DNA of 64,000 nt, taken from a virus. A program made the position numbers and the translations under genes. Position 1 is the first letter of the stretch, and each line of letters starts with the position of its first letter. The notes beneath the pieces were generated by a model. That model had not been told where the DNA came from. It searched no databases and worked only from the letters and a program-made list of their open reading frames with translations. The stretch spans positions 1 through 64,000 of the IMG/VR virus record IMGVR_UViG_3300033183_000354; one strand, written 5' to 3'. This document shows, piece by piece, positions 48,132-55,811 of the stretch.

Positions 48132-49028
48132 CTAATTATTATACTGCATTTCGACCATTTCTTCATGCAGTAATTGTTGCGCAAGGCCGTTCCTTAATCC
48201 TTGCTTGTTTTCATCAATTTTCTTATCAACTAAAACTAAACTGTCTTTATATTCACCACCAGGAATAGAAGTTTTTAGATAGGTGTTATCGATTATAGTC
48301 TGTACAGCTCTATTCATAGCCAGTAACCGTAAATCTTGAGAAATCAATAATGCTGCATTTGTATCTGCTAGAGCTTGCAATCGATATTCTCTCTTACGCT
48401 TTTCTTCTTCCTCTTTTTCTTCTTCATCGATCTCTTCAAGCACTTCTTCGTTTTCTTCGATCGTAACTCTTTCTTCGTTGCTGAGAGTTACATACTCATC
48501 TTGTGTTGCATCATATATCGTACTTACATCAACTTCAGGTATCACTGGAATAGGAGCTTCATATCCAGGACAGTTAGGATCAAATTGCGGATCATAACAA
48601 GGATCAACTTTATAACTATAAATCACTGTCGCATCTTCGACTGTGCCAGTGCCTTCTACTTCAATGGATCCATCACCCCATAATTCTCGAGGCAGTTGAG
48701 GAATAACTGGAACAGCTTTCCTAATTTCAATTCCACCTGGTGCACCAGACCAGTCATCTGTTTCGCGAAAGATATATCCAGTGCCATTTGCATTTTCATT
48801 CTGTACGTGCACCTTCATATCGTCTTCGGTGTTCTTATTTGGTGTATAACTATAGATCACACCATTAATATCTAATCCAGGAGGAGTTGGCAAGACATTG
48901 TCCATACTCCATGTGTGGCCACCAGCCGCAGCATTTGGTGTAGTACCAAAGTATGGCTGAATGCTATCAGAATAAGAGTAAGAGGGTAAGAAGACCACCA
49001 ATACCGTAAGTAGCAGTTTCTTTAACAT
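48132..49028 (-). CDS. exported protein: beta domain, DPC..DPNCPGY motif, acidic coiled-coil tail
   Basis: Start likely ATG 49028 (MLKKLLLTVLVV signal peptide). Confidence 0.65.
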   Translation of the reverse strand: MLKKLLLTVLVVFLPSYSYSDSIQPYFGTTPNAAAGGHTWSMDNVLPTPPGLDINGVIYSYTPNKNTEDDMKVHVQNENANGTGYIFRETDDWSGAPGGIEIRKAVPVIPQLPRELWGDGSIEVEGTGTVEDATVIYSYKVDPCYDPQFDPNCPGYEAPIPVIPEVDVSTIYDATQDEYVTLSNEERVTIEENEEVLEEIDEEEKEEEEKRKREYRLQALADTNAALLISQDLRLLAMNRAVQTIIDNTYLKTSIPGGEYKDSLVLVDKKIDENKQGLRNGLAQQLLHEEMVEMQYNN

Positions 49029-49506
49029 CTCTTTTCTCCTCAGCCCCAACTTTTTCTAATTGAGATTCTTTATGAGATTCCCAACCAATCTTTGCAGCTT
49101 CACCAATCTGGCCTTCATAAGGGCATGGAGTGCCAGCCATCATCATGGCATCAAACACGTTCTTATCTTGACACATAACAGAAACAGCAGCGACTTTCAT
49201 TCCCATATCGTATAGAGTCTTAGCATTCTTAAGTCTTAAGCAATTCTCTTCTGTAAATGTAGTACCAGCAGAGATACCTAAAATCTGAGTTTGTACAGCA
49301 CCAGCGACACCAATAGTACATAAATCACTGTTGCTATTAGCGCCTAGTTGTGGAGAGATAGCTGATGGAGGAGGCGACTTTACAGTAGTTTCCATCGTTC
49401 CATTTGTTGTAACCGTGCTGTTGGTTGTCGATTCAGTTACGATCGGTTCTGCAATCGCCAATGATGAAAACATAATAAAGACAGCAGCTAATGCTAGTCT
49501 TTTCAT
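48967..49506 (-). CDS. exported Cys-containing protein with C-terminal hydrophobic anchor
   Basis: Signal peptide ending AIA; SPPPSAISP, DLC..GISAG..NC, AAVSVMCQD, AGTPCP; AGGAG RBS. Confidence 0.7.
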   Translation of the reverse strand: MKRLALAAVFIMFSSLAIAEPIVTESTTNSTVTTNGTMETTVKSPPPSAISPQLGANSNSDLCTIGVAGAVQTQILGISAGTTFTEENCLRLKNAKTLYDMGMKVAAVSVMCQDKNVFDAMMMAGTPCPYEGQIGEAAKIGWESHKESQLEKVGAEEKRDVKETATYGIGGLLTLLLLF

Positions 49507-49527
49507 AAAGTATTTCTCCTACATTAA

Positions 49528-49535
49528 TATTTATA
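49528..49535 (-). promoter_or_regulatory. late promoter for the minus-strand exported-protein operon
   Basis: TATAAATA on the minus strand, 21 nt upstream of the ATG at 49506. Confidence 0.7.
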
Positions 49536-49616
49536 TAGTGTCAATTTTTTGACACTAACAATAATTTGTTATGTTCAATTGTCATAATATTGACCAATTA
49601 TATCAGTATTTATATG

Positions 49617-49652
49617 TTTACAAACACAGAAAACTGTAGTATAATATAAATA
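49617..49652 (+). promoter_or_regulatory. tandem sigma70-like and late promoters for the tmRNA
   Basis: TTTACA-N17-TATAAT (49617-49645) overlapping TATAAATA (49645-49652). Confidence 0.75.
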
Positions 49653-49655
49653 CAA

Positions 49656-50043
49656 TTGTAGTGATGAAGCAGACCGAAAGATAGACTGGACACGGGGGCA
49701 GTACCCGTCAGCTCCACCATAAACACACGGTGAATGACATGCGTATCAAATTAAATTCAGGCGATGAGTATGATGCACTCACAAAAGCCAAGAAATATTT
49801 TAAGTGGCGCGCAGGTCAACGCAAAAAGATCAAGCGAGGCTACAATAAAAGACTTCGCCGTGTGCTTATGATGGGGCTGAACTAGGATCGACAGGTATTG
49901 AATAGGGAAGTGGAGCTATCCCGCGCAAGCTGGGTTAACGCAAGAACTAAGTAACTGCAAACGATAACTTTGCACCTGTAGATTACGCTATCGCAGCATA
50001 ATCTAGCGGGCCAGTCCGGAGCCTAGGAACAGAATCCGGACAC
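49656..50043 (+). ncRNA. ssrA: circularly permuted two-piece tmRNA, alphaproteobacterial type
   Basis: Acceptor piece: T-arm acggg-GGCAGTA-cccgt, then cagctcc-A-CCA ending at 49719. Coding piece starts GGGGCTGA at 49873, giving G3:U70. Tag ANDNFAPVDYAIAA* at 49957-50001; terminal hairpin 50014-50041. Outer ends approximate. Confidence 0.93.
49739..49885 (+). CDS. 48-aa highly basic protein nested in the tmRNA intervening segment (not in ORF track)
   Basis: MRIKLNSGDEYDALTKAKKYFKWRAGQRKKIKRGYNKRLRRVLMMGLN; GGTGA RBS 5 nt upstream. Confidence 0.6.
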   Translation: MRIKLNSGDEYDALTKAKKYFKWRAGQRKKIKRGYNKRLRRVLMMGLN

Positions 50044-50061
50044 TTAACTTGGAGATATATA

Positions 50062-50250
50062 ATGATAGCAGCAGTTTTATTTGCAATGTTGTTTGTTGCA
50101 GACAATAGAGAGTTTTTTGACACAGTTGAAGAGCAACAAAAACAAGGATATAAGTGGACGAAAGTTGGAAAGAGCCAACCGTCCGGAACACCAGCACTTG
50201 TAATGAAGAATACCAATGAAGAGTACATCTACTACAGATTGGAAAAGTAA
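50062..50250 (+). CDS. small membrane/exported protein
   Basis: GGAG RBS; hydrophobic N-terminus. Confidence 0.65.
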   Translation: MIAAVLFAMLFVADNREFFDTVEEQQKQGYKWTKVGKSQPSGTPALVMKNTNEEYIYYRLEK

Positions 50251-50600
50251 TGAAAACGCTTTTATCAGCCCTCGTGCTGCTGGCCTTAGTTTCTACCACA
50301 GAAGCTAAGTGGTTTCAGAAACCCGTACAGTGTTCGACAGGAGAAGATGTCTATAGTACATTGATCGAACCATACGATTTACAGCCGATGTTTGCGGCTG
50401 TGGCAAGTATCGTTACACCGGATGCATCATCTCCGGCAGTATTAATCTTTTATATGAATATAGATACGGGAAGATTTCTTATTGTTGAAACTGACGATAT
50501 AAGTACATGTATTATTGGAATTGGTGATGGTGTTGATTTTAATATTACGCCAGAAGAGATGAGAAAATTTTTATTAAATGAAAACGACTCTCAGTTTTAG
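50250..50600 (+). CDS. exported hypothetical protein
   Basis: Signal peptide; KPVQC..CIIGIG. Confidence 0.65.
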   Translation: MKTLLSALVLLALVSTTEAKWFQKPVQCSTGEDVYSTLIEPYDLQPMFAAVASIVTPDASSPAVLIFYMNIDTGRFLIVETDDISTCIIGIGDGVDFNITPEEMRKFLLNENDSQF

Positions 50601-51096
50601 TGATAAGAAAAAGATAGTACAAAATAGAAAGTTATTGCCTTATAAATTCATTGGGAAAGTGTCTCAACAGTTTATTGAAGATTGTATTTCAGATTTAAAT
50701 CATTTAGAAGACACTACATTAAAATCAAAAAATAATAATATTGATTTCGGCGATTATTCTTTCTTAGACCATTATCATCAAAAGCATCTGAATAATATAG
50801 AATTGCCTAATATATTCAAATTATTTGGTGAAGTCTATGATTTAAGATATGGGATCCTAGACAAAGATCAATCAATTCCTCCTCATGTTGATAAGCCTGA
50901 TGGCCATCGATTCATGTGTATCATCAAAGGTAAGCATGAATATGTTACTCAAGTAGAAGAAATAAATAAAGTTGAAATGAATGAAGGTGAACTTTGGTTT
51001 ATTAATGCTAGTTTTAAGCATAAAGTAATAAACACTGGTCATCAAGATAGAATTGCTTTGTTAGGAAAATTTAATGACATCTCTCAATTATTATGA
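50578..51096 (+). CDS. Asp/Asn beta-hydroxylase-like 2OG-Fe(II) oxygenase
   Basis: IPPHVD..GELWFIN...KHKVIN..DRIAL. Confidence 0.7.
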   Translation: MKTTLSFSDKKKIVQNRKLLPYKFIGKVSQQFIEDCISDLNHLEDTTLKSKNNNIDFGDYSFLDHYHQKHLNNIELPNIFKLFGEVYDLRYGILDKDQSIPPHVDKPDGHRFMCIIKGKHEYVTQVEEINKVEMNEGELWFINASFKHKVINTGHQDRIALLGKFNDISQLL

Positions 51097-51985
51097 ATTA
51101 AATCCTCGTGATAATCATTTTACTGATGTTGTAGTTGATGTTACGCATCGATGTAATATGGCATGCAAAAACTGCTATATTCCAAATAGATCTATACCAG
51201 ATATGGACGCTGATCAAATGATCGAGGCGTTATCTCAGTTTCCTAAGAAAGTGACTGTAAGGATCATTGGTGCAGAACCAACGATGAGACAGGATTTGCC
51301 AGATCTTATTTCTCGTATACGTAAAACTGGTCATCGTATTACTTTATTGACGAATGGTCTTCGTCTCGCACGAGAAAATTATGTAAAGACATTGAAAGAT
51401 TCTGGTCTACGTAATCTATATCTATCGATGAATGGGGTGGATAATGACGATTGGTACGAAAAGATCGATGAGATGAGATGTGCTGATAAAAAAATTAAAG
51501 CCATGTTATATGCACACCAATATAAACTCCTTCGTGATATCGGTTGTATTATCGTTGATCATGTAAATCTTGATGCGCCTTCTCGTATGATCTCTCTCCT
51601 AAATAAACATGACATCGCTAACGTTACAATTCGTTTTAAAACAATTGGTCAAATTGGCAGATTTATGGGAGAAGAACATCAGATGAAAATGGACGATTTA
51701 ATTCGAGTAATGTCAGATCAATTAAATGTGTCATATGATTATATCAAGAGCTGGCAAGATCAATGGATATATCCAGAAAATAGACAGGAAAAAGATAGTT
51801 TCCTATTCCCTCTTAATCCTAAAAGTACACGTGTTTATAATGGCATATGGATTAAACTTGTTAATTGGAATAGCTATGACAAATCAACGGTGTTAAGTGA
51901 TAGTACTCGAAGAGGAAGACTGACAGAAAACTTTAAAGTAGCTCCGTTTTTTGAACACGTAACTTTAAATGAAAATGGTTATTAA
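51074..51985 (+). CDS. radical SAM enzyme
   Basis: CNMACKNC, GAEPT, LTNG. Confidence 0.9.
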   Translation: MTSLNYYELNPRDNHFTDVVVDVTHRCNMACKNCYIPNRSIPDMDADQMIEALSQFPKKVTVRIIGAEPTMRQDLPDLISRIRKTGHRITLLTNGLRLARENYVKTLKDSGLRNLYLSMNGVDNDDWYEKIDEMRCADKKIKAMLYAHQYKLLRDIGCIIVDHVNLDAPSRMISLLNKHDIANVTIRFKTIGQIGRFMGEEHQMKMDDLIRVMSDQLNVSYDYIKSWQDQWIYPENRQEKDSFLFPLNPKSTRVYNGIWIKLVNWNSYDKSTVLSDSTRRGRLTENFKVAPFFEHVTLNENGY

Positions 51986-51987
51986 TT

Positions 51988-52542
51988 ATGTATAAAGTAG
52001 TAAATACGAAGGATAATCCTGAATATTTGCCAATTTTACAAGGATTTTGTAAGACTATTACGGGCCATAGATCTGAAAACTATATCAATCTTAATGTCGA
52101 TAATGCTCTCATTTGGTATATTTTGTATGTTGGACCGTGGATAGTTGGCTTTTCTGGAATACAAGTTCCTCGACATTTAAACGAACACCGCCTTGCTAGA
52201 ATAATGTATAGGACTTATTTAGCTCCAGAAGTAAGAGGCGAAGGTCTTATACCTTCTCGTTTAAATTGGATTTATTCTGGAGAACAACAAATAAAATATT
52301 GTTTAGATAATGGTTACACTCCATTTATCTCACGTGAAGATACTGGAAACCTTAATGCAAGTCGAAATATTCTTAAAGTATTAGATGAAAAGTACGGAAA
52401 AGGCACATGGAATTTAATTGATAAAAAGATATGGACGTGCAATAGTGATCCTTCAGATAATCCGAAGTGTTGGCAAAGATTAATAGTAAAAGGAGATGCG
52501 AAAGTTTTTGATCAGATTAAACGCGAGTATATCCAGGAATAG
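51988..52542 (+). CDS. hypothetical protein, possibly GNAT-like
   Basis: IVGFSG, ARIMYRTYLAPEVRG. Confidence 0.4.
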   Translation: MYKVVNTKDNPEYLPILQGFCKTITGHRSENYINLNVDNALIWYILYVGPWIVGFSGIQVPRHLNEHRLARIMYRTYLAPEVRGEGLIPSRLNWIYSGEQQIKYCLDNGYTPFISREDTGNLNASRNILKVLDEKYGKGTWNLIDKKIWTCNSDPSDNPKCWQRLIVKGDAKVFDQIKREYIQE

Positions 52543-52774
52543 GATAGCCTATTGTTGAGCTATGATCTGTCATTTCAATGAACGTGTCCATGTTATCAAC
52601 TTCAATCGTGATAGTCATGATATTATCGACCCAATCAGATCGATCCCAGCGAATTAATCTTCCTTCATTCATAAGACTATTTTTATATTCCTGAAACTGA
52701 ATAAAAAAATCAGTCTCTTCATAAGGTTGTGCACCTTCTTCTCTTTTTAATTTTAATTCAATTATCTCTGACAT
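52517..52774 (-). CDS. small acidic late protein
   Basis: Minus-strand TATAAATA at 52798-52805 and an AGGTG RBS upstream. Confidence 0.6.
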   Translation of the reverse strand: MSEIIELKLKREEGAQPYEETDFFIQFQEYKNSLMNEGRLIRWDRSDWVDNIMTITIEVDNMDTFIEMTDHSSTIGYPIPGYTRV

Positions 52775-52814
52775 ATGACACCTTTATCTTATTAGATTAT
52801 TTATATATATTCTC

Positions 52815-53435
52815 ATGCAACATCTTTATAATTCACTTATTCGATACGGATTATATTATAAGCTTAGACTGAAATTAGACGTCTATGATTTCCTAGAACA
52901 ACTAGATTTATTTGAAGATTTATGGGTACAATATAATCCACGAAAGAATATTCGTAGAAAGGGCTTAAGTCTTACGAGTTTAGATGGCGGAATGTCTGGA
53001 TATCCTGATCTTGACTCAATAAGAGAATATAATCAAACCCATAATATCAAGCTTGATGAAAACAGTTTTAAAACAAAAACTATGGCGTGGTCTCTCGTAG
53101 ATTCTGCACTTGATAGTTTTGGAGATGATGTAAGTAGGACACATGTGATTAAACATGAAGTAGGAGGTTGTTTTCCTCCTCATCGTGATTCATACACGCG
53201 TGAGCTATCATCTTTTCGATTGTTCATACCAATTAAAAATTGCAATCCTCCAAATAATTATTTCATACTCGATGAGAGGATTTTACACTTTGATCATGGT
53301 CATGTATATTTTATAGACACGTGTAAAGAACACACAGTATTCACTACTGGGAGCTCTACTATATTTGTGGTATCAAATATACAATTATCAGAGAAGAGTG
53401 TCGATAATGTACTAGGTAATATGGAAATAACTTAG
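52815..53435 (+). CDS. second Asp/Asn hydroxylase-like 2OG-Fe(II) oxygenase
   Basis: GGCFPPHRD, RLFIP, GHVYFIDT.KEH. Confidence 0.65.
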   Translation: MQHLYNSLIRYGLYYKLRLKLDVYDFLEQLDLFEDLWVQYNPRKNIRRKGLSLTSLDGGMSGYPDLDSIREYNQTHNIKLDENSFKTKTMAWSLVDSALDSFGDDVSRTHVIKHEVGGCFPPHRDSYTRELSSFRLFIPIKNCNPPNNYFILDERILHFDHGHVYFIDTCKEHTVFTTGSSTIFVVSNIQLSEKSVDNVLGNMEIT

Positions 53436-53614
53436 GTAACCCTAAACCATTCCTTTACTTCTTTTTCGTCTTTGGTCATATATTTGCTAACGCAAGCCAT
53501 CATAATTTTTCCATCTTCATGCTTTACGACAACCCAATCACTTGAGCCGGAAGGTGCTTTCACTATATCCCCTCTTGTCAGAATTATATTACCAACTTTT
53601 CCGAGTAGATTCAT
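53432..53614 (-). CDS. small late protein, 60 aa
   Basis: Minus-strand TATAAATA at 53649-53656 and an AAGGAG RBS. Confidence 0.6.
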   Translation of the reverse strand: MNLLGKVGNIILTRGDIVKAPSGSSDWVVVKHEDGKIMMACVSKYMTKDEKEVKEWFRVT

Positions 53615-53659
53615 TATGAATCTCCTTATTTGAAGTTTGTGTATCTAATATTTATAAAC

Positions 53660-53753
53660 GAAAAAAAATCACTTTAAGAGCGTTTTTTCTGTTTACTTTT
53701 CAAAAGAAATGGCGTATAATATATCTATCAAATGAAAAAAGAGGAACTATATC
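53660..53753 (+). promoter_or_regulatory. early promoter (partial third copy of the cassette)
   Basis: aaaaaatcac..gcgtttttt, TTTACT-N17-TATAAT (53692-53720), tatctat, AAAGAGGA. Confidence 0.75.
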
Positions 53754-54029
53754 ATGTTGAATACAAATGAAATGAACGAAATCAAGATGCTTTTCCTGAA
53801 AGCTAGTGCTGAAGACATGAATGAAATTGCATCGCTGTTCAATGCTGTACGCCGAGTCAAAGCTTCACAGGCCGCCGACAAATTCAAAGTTGGTCAGAAA
53901 GTCGAATGGGTTGGCAAGCGTGGGCCAATGTCAGGAATCATCGAAAAAGTCAATCGTAAGAATATTGTGGTTGACGCTGGTTCAAACGGTAAATGGAATG
54001 TTACCGCAACTCTTCTCAAAGCTGCTTAA
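53754..54029 (+). CDS. early hypothetical protein, SH3-like C-terminus
   Basis: FKVGQKVEW..GIIEKVNRK..W.V. Confidence 0.7.
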   Translation: MLNTNEMNEIKMLFLKASAEDMNEIASLFNAVRRVKASQAADKFKVGQKVEWVGKRGPMSGIIEKVNRKNIVVDAGSNGKWNVTATLLKAA

Positions 54030-54038
54030 GGAGATTAT

Positions 54039-54143
54039 ATGATGGATTATATCAATGAAGTAATTGCCGATTTTATGGAAATTGGTTATACTGAAAAAGA
54101 AGCAACCGCTCTAGCATGGGCAAAATTCGTGGAGGCAATATAA
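54039..54143 (+). CDS. 34-aa peptide (not in ORF track)
   Basis: MMDYINEVIADFMEIGYTEKEATALAWAKFVEAI; AAGGAG RBS; TAATG coupling. Confidence 0.6.
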   Translation: MMDYINEVIADFMEIGYTEKEATALAWAKFVEAI

Positions 54144-55099
54144 TGGCACACATGGTTGAAACAATGGCTTATGCAGGTGAAGTTCCTTGGCATGGCCTGG
54201 GTGTTCCGGTTTCAAATGATCTGACACCCGTACAGATGATGGAAAAAGCTGGACTGGATTGGAAAGTCCATGAAGTTGAATCCTTCATCGAGTTTAATGG
54301 TAAGCGTATGCCTACCGGTCAAAAGTCTCTTATCCGCGAAACTGACGGTAAGATCTTGACAAATGTCGGTGCAGACTGGAATCCAGTGCAGAATGAGACT
54401 GCATTTGAATTCTTCTCTGAGTTTGTACTTTCTGGTAATATGGAGATGCATACTGCTGGTTCACTTAAAGGTGGTCAGATGGTATGGGCTCTGGCAAAAG
54501 TCAGTGAGTCATTTGATCTCTTTGGTGGTGATGAGGTTGAGTCATACTTGCTCTTCTCTAATCCTCATCAGTACGGTAAAGCTATCGATGTTCGCTTTAC
54601 TCCAATCCGTGTAGTATGCAACAACACTCTGACTCTGTCACTTGATCAGAATGCTCAGCGTTCAGTCAAGGTTGGTCACCGTACTGAGTTTGATGCTGAC
54701 ATGGTTAAAGAGTCTCTCGGTATTGCACACGAAAAGCTTGCTACTTACAAAGAGATGGCAGAGTTTCTTGGCAAGAAGCGTTACAGCGCTGATGCTCTGA
54801 TCGAGTATTACAACACTGTCTTCCCGCGCACTGCAGACAAGCGTGTACAAGGTAAGGCACTGTCAATCGATACTCTCTCACGTAATGCTAAGATGGCACA
54901 CGATGTTCTGGAAACTCAGCCTGGTGCAGAATATGCCGAAGGCTCATGGTGGCAGGCATTTAATTCTGTCACATATATTACTGACCACGTACAGGGTCGT
55001 AATGCAGATAACCGGTTGTACTCATCATGGTTTGGCAGCAATCAGGTTCGCAAGCGTGATGCACTTAAAACAGCAATTGAATTCGCAGAAGCAGCTTAA
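54143..55099 (+). CDS. DUF932-family protein
   Basis: MAH.VETMAY.GEVPWHGLG, TAGSLKGG, TPIRVVCNNTL, W.AFN.VT...DH. Confidence 0.88.
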   Translation: MAHMVETMAYAGEVPWHGLGVPVSNDLTPVQMMEKAGLDWKVHEVESFIEFNGKRMPTGQKSLIRETDGKILTNVGADWNPVQNETAFEFFSEFVLSGNMEMHTAGSLKGGQMVWALAKVSESFDLFGGDEVESYLLFSNPHQYGKAIDVRFTPIRVVCNNTLTLSLDQNAQRSVKVGHRTEFDADMVKESLGIAHEKLATYKEMAEFLGKKRYSADALIEYYNTVFPRTADKRVQGKALSIDTLSRNAKMAHDVLETQPGAEYAEGSWWQAFNSVTYITDHVQGRNADNRLYSSWFGSNQVRKRDALKTAIEFAEAA

Positions 55100-55110
55100 A
55101 GGAGATTATT

Positions 55111-55368
55111 ATGCGAGAAATTGATCGACTGAAAAAAATTGTTGAAGGCCTTCAAGTCAAAATTGAAAAGCTTTCAACACAAGAACCTCTAGTGACATAT
55201 AATCCCGATACGAAAACATTGTCATTTGTTGGCCTTGATGTTGTCAAAAGAAATAAGAAGTCTCTTATTCTTCGTGATAGTGTGGATCGTGAATATATGT
55301 TCCGTTGTACAGAACACATTGACGGAATCACTAAAGGTAAACGAGTATCAATTGTTGAGGCAGTATAA
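55111..55368 (+). CDS. hypothetical protein
   Basis: AAGGAG RBS. Confidence 0.6.
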   Translation: MREIDRLKKIVEGLQVKIEKLSTQEPLVTYNPDTKTLSFVGLDVVKRNKKSLILRDSVDREYMFRCTEHIDGITKGKRVSIVEAV

Positions 55369-55556
55369 TGGAAGGACCATTTAAGCAAGCTCTTGATAAT
55401 CTACCGAGCCAAGGAGTGTTCCAACACTCTTTGGTAACCTATCGATATAAGAGTGGACAACTTATTAAGGAAACTCATAGTCGTACATATACTCATAATG
55501 GCGACTATAATGACTCATTTACAAGCGAACCAATCGGAAAAGGAAGTTCAGTATGA
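55368..55556 (+). CDS. hypothetical protein
   Basis: TAATG coupling; GAGG RBS. Confidence 0.6.
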   Translation: MEGPFKQALDNLPSQGVFQHSLVTYRYKSGQLIKETHSRTYTHNGDYNDSFTSEPIGKGSSV

Positions 55557-55720
55557 AGAAGCATGATTTCAATATGATCTCTGCATGGGCAAAAGAACAC
55601 GACATTGAAGGATTCGAACACTATGATCCTAAAGTTCGTGAACAACGACGAATCGCAGGCTTAAAACGCATGCGAGATCGTGAACGTAAAGAACAAGAGC
55701 GTAAGCAACAGAAATATTAA
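55553..55720 (+). CDS. 55-aa basic protein (not in ORF track)
   Basis: MKKHDFNMISAWAKEHDIEGFEHYDPKVREQRRIAGLKRMRDRERKEQERKQQKY; ATGA overlap. Confidence 0.55.
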   Translation: MKKHDFNMISAWAKEHDIEGFEHYDPKVREQRRIAGLKRMRDRERKEQERKQQKY

Positions 55721-55811
55721 AGTTTTGTTACGTTTTGAGTTTATGTGATAAATAAAAATGAGCTGATGTTGAGACCAGCTCATTTTCACGTTCATAGGAG
55801 AAATTTCAAAC

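Noticed and set aside
49686-49719. tRNA-like 3' half
   Set aside because: No anticodon arm; explained as the tmRNA acceptor piece. No standalone tRNA was recognised in the window.
49983-50299. Minus-strand ORFs over the tmRNA 3' part
   Set aside because: Antisense to the tmRNA and to RBS-supported plus-strand genes.
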